From Azolla caroliniana (taxonomy: Eukaryota; Plantae; Polypodiophyta), in the NCBI GenBank assembly GCA_043228905.1, contig JBHGNT010000005.1, positions 3,472,001 to 3,536,000 of the forward strand: a stretch of DNA of 64,000 nucleotides, in the 5' to 3' direction. Positions 57,228-64,000 of this stretch are shown here, piece after piece. The translations under genes were made by a program, and so were the position numbers. Every line of letters starts with the position of its first letter. The first letter of the stretch is position 1. The notes beneath the pieces were generated by a model, which had not been told where the DNA came from, did not search any database, and was given only the letters and a program-made list of their open reading frames with translations.

Positions 57228-58676
57228 AAGACACTCCCAATATAGATGGAAAAGAGCCAAGCCTAAAGGCAATGAATACCCTTCTTTCACATTGCATATA
57301 TGTATGGTCACTCACTATTTAAGGCTAGGGAATAGGAATAAGGTTATAACCTCTACTTCCACCATGAGAGAGAGAGAGAAGAAAGAAAGAAATATTAACC
57401 TCTTCTAAGACCAAATGTAAAAGGTGTCCTGACCATAGCTTCTAGGTGGTGCAACTCACGTTACCTAATCTTCTTAATTGCTTCTGCACAACGAATGACT
57501 TTGAGGCCTGGTGTTCGAGGGCATTTGGTTGTTCTTTGGTTTCTGTTTTAGGGAGGGAGAGGCCGAATGGTGCAATTGTGTCCATGTTCATAATCCCCTC
57601 CTATCCTGAAAAATTTCAGTGGTTACATGTGGTGAATATTAGAAAGGTTATGGTTCACATTTTGTTGCTTATTCTCTTTATGTTGTTTTAGCTAAGATAT
57701 ACCTACCTAGTGTCTTTATATCTGGAGTGTCTAATAGGTGGGTGGGGGTCCTAGTGCGTCTTGGTATTTTTTTCCTTACATCGACGTAAGATTGCACTTG
57801 CATGTAAAGTGATACTCATCCTCTATCTCTATGTGACATAATCTAAGTGTCCTTTTCTCTTTGGGGAGTCCATTAGCACAACCATTCTCAATCTCACGTT
57901 GGAGAGAGAGGGTGTAAGTGTTCATAGAAGCATCCCTCTCTTGGGAGCTCCATTGTGTCCATATGATTACAAATTAGAGAGTGATTCATTTGAGTACCTC
58001 GATAATTGGCTAGTTAAGGCGTGGCTATTGGTTTAGGAATTGATGAGCCCTGGTGAGACTTACAACGATGTCATGTCCTACACACCTACACCTCTCATAG
58101 GAACAACCAAGAAGTTTATGTATATGCTCACCCTTTGATGCTTACAATGTGGGGAGGAGAGATCACCTCCTTTAGTGCTACTTACAAGGAAATCTAAGCA
58201 AGATGTTGAACAATAGGCTCAAATGATTTCCTATGGTCTTGTAAGGCTAGCGTATTTCAATGGCTACAACACCTAAGTTGTTTTTTCATCCCTTTTTATG
58301 TGCACAATCTTCTATTTGGATGATGTTTGCCAAATGTGATTGTTGATATATTCAAATGAGATAATGGGTACTTCAACAACTAATTGGGAGAACAAGGCGT
58401 CAATTGGATGAGAGCAAGTTTGGTCTTGATAATCACACAATGAGAATTAAGCATAGAACTAGGAAAATATAAGCAACAAAATCACAATTAAAGATAACAT
58501 ATTTGCTTAATCTACGTAGTCATGTCGGACTATTTAGCAAACTAATATGTCAAACAAATTAAATTTATAGCCATCCGGTATACGACTTACTAATTACCGA
58601 GCAATTTATAGTTAAAATCTTGTAACTAGCATAACTAATTTCTTGATTTGGAGCCTCAATTGTGACCAAGTGTGTG

Positions 58677-58677
<1 letters not shown>

Positions 58678-58708
<31 letters not shown>

Positions 58709-58715
58709 TGTATGC
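58678..58715. repeat. (TATG)n microsatellite
   Basis: Direct reading. A (CA)n tract also lies at ~45607-45635. Confidence 0.85.
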
Positions 58716-61700
58716 ATGTACATGTATTTTGAGAGTAAGCAAGAATACCTTTTGAATTTCTATTACATATATATTAAAGAGTATTCTAGCCTATTTATCC
58801 AATTTCTAAGAAAATAAAGGTTTTAAACATGAGTTTGGAATAAAAAATATCATGCATTGAACATATTTCACAAGCATATGTTCTTTACAACTTTAAAAAT
58901 GATTTACTGAAAATCGGACATCTTAAATCAACATATATGTAACATACAAGTATGTAAATGCTGGTTGTGATCGTTGTCAGAACAACTATATTGGTACATT
59001 TTTGCTTGCTTTACTTAATAGTTTAACCAATCATACACAATGTATATCAATAAGAATATCGTATATACTATGATTGAACCCAAATCACATCTTCTGTGGC
59101 TTTTACATGCTAAATATATAGTTTAGAATCCCGTAAACATCAAGAATAACTATATCAGTCCACATCTCCCTACTGGATTGTTCATATCATCGAACACTAA
59201 CTACTTTCTATTTATGTCATTTATTTACATCTTTATACTCTCATAGTATACTTATACTACCTAATCTTCTTGGCTAATAATAGTCTATATAAGAACACAC
59301 AAAATTTAAAAAAGAAAAAGATGTGGAACTTAAAAAAATAAGAACATCTTTCAGATTTTGGTGTGTGCTCACGATGAAAAATAGTTGATACCAATTGAAT
59401 TGAAATGCTATGAATTTTGAATTTCACTAGTACGTGTTAATTGTTTTTCACAATGCGTTCACTTTTCTTTAGTACAAACCTTCCTTTATTTCTCAAAATT
59501 TCAGTATAGGGTTGCCGATGTTCTTAATTGATGGTTCAAAAGAGATATCAAGGAACCATAAATTAGAATATACTTATCATGCTAATGTCGACAACCTTAT
59601 CAAGCATGTCCTTTTTGAAAGTTTCTAATGTCTCAATGCACACGCCACGACACACATAGAGTTGAACAATCACAACACATTTCCATATTGAACCCAACTT
59701 TACATCCATACTTATATAGCTCCTCCATATTTGACTTAATGTGTTCAATAGTGAACTCCCTTTGTTAGAGCTTAATCCTAATATAAGCATAAGATAATGA
59801 AATATAAGATAGTTATTATAAAGAGAAGAGAGAGAAAGAAGGGTGCCGGTCCACCCCCAAGAGAAGAGATCGAGACAGACTTGAGCTTCGATCGGCGTCC
59901 CATACCATCGTCGTGGCGTCAAGTTGTACCTGGTGCTGGCATGCTCACGACAAGAGTTTGATCACCACTAGATTAGAGTCTCGACATAGTCGAATGATGT
60001 GTCAAACGTGGGTAGCCATGCCTCATATTTATAACCAGACCTAAGGCCCCCAAGCAAGTTCACACTTGGCCTTAATGGGTTGTCTCAATTCCTAGGATTA
60101 AAAGTAATCCTTCCTTCTTTACACTCTCGTTTAACCCTCACACTTTATCCACGTGTATAGAATACTACGGTACAATCTTACCACGGGATAATTTATGGTC
60201 ATGCCTGTACCACCCTTTATTGGCCGAACATTGTGTTACTATAAAAAATAATTGTTGTGGCTTGGCTTTTTTGGGTTAATTCATCTAACCTGATCATGTA
60301 TCATAAAAATGGAACTATGAATCATTCGTTAGGTCATGATTGCTTTTATTTGACAATGATAGACTATGGTGTTTCATGGAAACCCCATGTGTTATTTAGG
60401 TGAAGTGGGAATAGAATGACACCCAAATCTATGTACTCTTAATTCCTTGTTGAAAGGCAAGACTATTGAAAGTCACCAAAATATGCCACTTGTGTTTTAA
60501 TACATTGAACTACCAAAATTATCATCTCCTACAACCCTAATGATAAATGTATTGATTAGTAGTGATCATTTTTGAAATTGTATCATCTACATCATAGCCA
60601 CCGTCAATGACTTGGTATTGTATTACTACCCAAAAGGATACATGATAACATCCGTTGTCACTTGTGTCACTTTATTGAGCTCCCATGCACTTCATTGCAA
60701 TTACATGCTTGAATGTAAAAGTATGGTTCTATCACATGCATTGCCCTCCATATATACATCCTACCCCACCTTCAATCCACGACTTGGATCACTCATGTGA
60801 ATGTTAGTGCCTCCCAAATTTCTCTATGAACACAATCAACTGAATATAAATATGGGATCATCATGCAAGTATCAAAATACGAACAAGATCAACATGTGGT
60901 GTCGAAGTATAGGTAGACCGTGACTCATTCGTCAACAAATAAAAGGAGAGGTCCAAACATGTTGTATGTGGCTCATGAAACATCCCTGGGAGCAAGTTTG
61001 CGATGAAGCTATTAGAATCCAAAAGCCTAAAATCACGCAATCTATGAAACCCTAAATCCGACCTAAATTGGCATTAAATCGTAGGCTTGAACGATTAAGT
61101 AGAACAGACCCTAAAGCCGTGACCACCAAGTCGATGAAGGCCCTAACCCTATATGTTCTTACGAGTGTATTCAAACTGCGGAACGTGCAATAAACGCGAA
61201 CAATGGGTCCGTCGGCTTCTGGGGTTTGGAGCCAACGAGAAGGGGTTTTTTGTTTGTGGGCACACTCACACTCATATCAATATGGATGGGGTAACAAAAG
61301 AACACAGAGATAAAAAAGAAAGGCAATAAAAGAAACACAAGCAGAACAATTCATCCCATAAACATGAGGGATTATTATAACATGCATGCATGGATTGTGT
61401 GTGCTGGTATCTATATCTTTGCATGAGATCAGTACGAAAGAAACTGTACCCCGGATATGGAAGCTCCGGTTTCCACTTGTAACTTTTTAAGCCTTTAAGA
61501 AGAAAAGTCTGCTGTTTATTCCGACAATAGGAATGGAAGATTTCATATTATCCATAGGAGAATTTCGTATTGCCTCTACCTGGCTATGGCGATTCACCAG
61601 ATGATGAGGAAGATTAAAGAAAAAAGAATTGTGGATATGTATATGGATTTCGACATGATTCAGATCAGATCCGATATATATCCGATTCTACTATGTTTTC

Positions 61701-62008
61701 ATCTCATACAAAATTATAATGCAATGGTGAATCGTATTACTGTTTGAAGCTTTCTTTTAAGTACGCCTGATCCGTAACGGCGAGGGAGCAGATTGCAGGA
61801 ATCAGTTAAGAAGAAGAAGAGGAAGAAAAATCTTGAATAGAATTGATTCTCTCTGTCTCGACTCTTTCTTTCTCTCTGTTGATATCTGTAGATTTACTAG
61901 TCATCCAAAGAAAAGAAGAGGAAGTGTAAACCTTGAAAAACATTCAGCTTTCCCCTCACTGTCTGTCTTCGTTGGTCGGTTCACAGTAGTTATAATTATT
62001 AAGCGAGC

Positions 62009-64000
62009 ATGTCTAATATATTGTCTGATGAATCGGTTCAAAATGATCAAGAAGGTGTCCCAGATCAAATTATGTGCAATGGCTCGGCTACGGAAATTGA
62101 TCAGCCTGCTGCACAAACAGGTTCTCGCCATAGCCGAGCTCACGCCAAGCACGGGCTTTCATCTTCTTCTTCTTCTTGCAGTTTTTTCTGCATCAAGGGG
62201 ATGAAGATCAACAGCAAATTAGCATTTGGACTCACCTTCATTCAGTTCATCTTTGCGCTCTATGCAACTTACCTTCTTTACTTTATGAGCCCCAACACCA
62301 TAGCTAGCTCTTTTCTGCACAAAGCTGGAGCTTCCATGGAAGCTTTACCGTCCTTTTCTCCTTCTTCATGGACTTCTCACATCACGAGGCGGTGGCACCA
62401 GCTTCTTTATCATTCGAAATACGATTACTATAACGGCCATCTAATATCTCCTTATTATAATACAGGAGGCAATGCTAGCATCAACCCTATGGCAGTTCTG
62501 TGCGAGCAAGAAAGGATTGATTTTGAACAGAAGCGGTCTAAAGACATAGAGATGGTGAAGATAAAGCAAGGATTATTTGCAGAGATTCTAAAATTTCAAG
62601 GGCAAAGCAGAGGTTCATGCGAGACACTGCAAGAGCTGTTAGCTTTACCATCAAGATGGGCATCATCAAAAAACAAGGATATAACATCAGAGAAGGAGAA
62701 GGAGAAGAAAATAAAACAATCATGGCCTAAGGTCGCGGTGATTCTCAACCATTACAGAAGAAGAACCTTATGTGCACAGATAGAAGCACTTCTTCAACAA
62801 ACCCTCCCATTCCACACACTGTGGGTCATGGCCTTTGGCCTGGCTTCAGACAAACCCAAGTTCAGGCACATTGTTGAGAGCTTCAATGACTCTAGAATAA
62901 GCTTCATTAGCTCTAACTATGATTTCAAATACTATGGCAGATTCCAACTAGCCTTACAAACTAATGAAGCTGATTATGTTTACCTGCTCGATGATGACAT
63001 GATACCTGGGGCTCGGGTACTAGAAATATTTACACATGTAGCCGGTACGAGTAAGTATGGGAATGCACTGCTAGGTAGCATTGGCCGGATCCTTCCTTTC
63101 AAACAAGAAGATGGTAGCTTCCCGAGCTACCGGAAGTTCCACTCCCGAGAAGCGGGTTTATATGTGCCAGACCCTGCGTATGGCATTGTCGTGGATCGGA
63201 TGATTCAAGTCGATTTCCTGTCGAGCTCCTGGTTCCTGTCGGCTGAGCTCGTCAAGACCATGCTGATGGAAACCCCTTTTACATTCTCTACCGGAGAAGA
63301 CTTGCATCTAAGGTAGGTACTTAAGTATTTAATGTCCTCAACCCTAACTAATGAGAGTTTGCTAGATAAAGTTAGGGTAGGGTTTGAATTTGACAGTATC
63401 TGCATTTGTGCTCACAGCTTAAGTAGTTAGAAAATTTCACCGCTATGATTAGAACCTGGCACTGTATGGTTTTGTAGGAGAGACGGAGTATACCTGGCAG
63501 GCACATGTAGCTAGGTTTGCTCTGCCAGAAAAACATTATGTCGAAAACTTAGGTGTATACTCTGCCCGAAAAACACTATGTCGAAAAACTTCTGACATTG
63601 GATTTATGTTACATCTAAAAGCTTATGACGGTTTCTGCTTCGTTATAGTGAATATATGGATAGTGGGCTCTTTTTGCCACGATTACTGTTTTGTGATTCA
63701 TTAATCTATGGTGTGAAAGTGTGGTCTTTATCTATCAAATTGATAAAGAAGTCTAAACGTTTCTGTGATTTCTTATCCATGGATCATGAGTCTCCATGAA
63801 GGGAGGGACACATTCCTTCAGGATAACTGGGTTCTTTGTCTCACTGTGGCAAAAAATATGTCTACGACTTCATCTGGTTTCTGGTTCATAGGTTCATCAT
63901 TGGAGGTTTCTATCTGTTTCTCACAGTCCGATGATATTTCTCTGCAGTTACCAGTTGCAGAAATACCGAGACGTGGGCTCATTCGTGCTCCCTGTCGATC
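62009..64000 (+). CDS. Glycosyltransferase-family-2-like type II membrane protein (At5g60700-like), 3'-partial
   Basis: Exon 62009-63312: TM segment LAFGLTFIQFIFALYATYLLYFMSP, then KVAVILNHYRRRTLCAQ, YDFKYYGRFQLAL, DxD-like YLLDDDMIPG and TGEDLHL. It splices in frame to an exon starting at 63948 (SYQLQKYRDVGSFVLPVD). Confidence 0.9.

Noticed and set aside
61048-61152. Interstitial telomeric array
   Set aside because: Only scattered single CCCTAA(A) motifs are present, not tandem repeats.

Overview
Eukaryotic, AT-rich nuclear DNA from a land plant, with GT-AG spliceosomal introns throughout. A non-seed vascular plant such as a fern is my best guess, by inference only. Six protein-coding genes were reconstructed exon by exon: (1) an organellar family-A DNA polymerase (POP/PolI-like, - strand, 3' end outside the window); (2) a large protein with an N-terminal C2H2-like finger, about 10 tandem ~82-aa repeats and a Cys-rich C-terminus (+); (3) a trihelix (Myb/SANT-like) plus UMP-kinase-like chimera (-); (4) a plant protein with a C-terminal 'LGNNPDTSKALR...GGRKDPY' putative HTH domain (-); (5) RAD17 (+), whose ~4-kb intron holds a mitochondrial insertion (trnE, trnP, 3' end of the SSU rRNA gene); (6) a glycosyltransferase-family-2-like membrane protein (+, runs off the right end). 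Intergenic DNA contains a cluster of four 5'-truncated L1-type LINEs (one nested in another, most with target-site duplications and a 3' hairpin), Mutator-like MITEs, Copia/L1/PPR relics and several tandem duplications. The most notable observations are candidate in-frame CUG starts for both the polymerase and RAD17, the A/B higher-order repeat protein, the apparently degenerate kinase active site, the intronic NUMT and the nested LINEs. No prokaryotic-type system such as CRISPR was seen. All coordinates were read by eye and no database searches were run.
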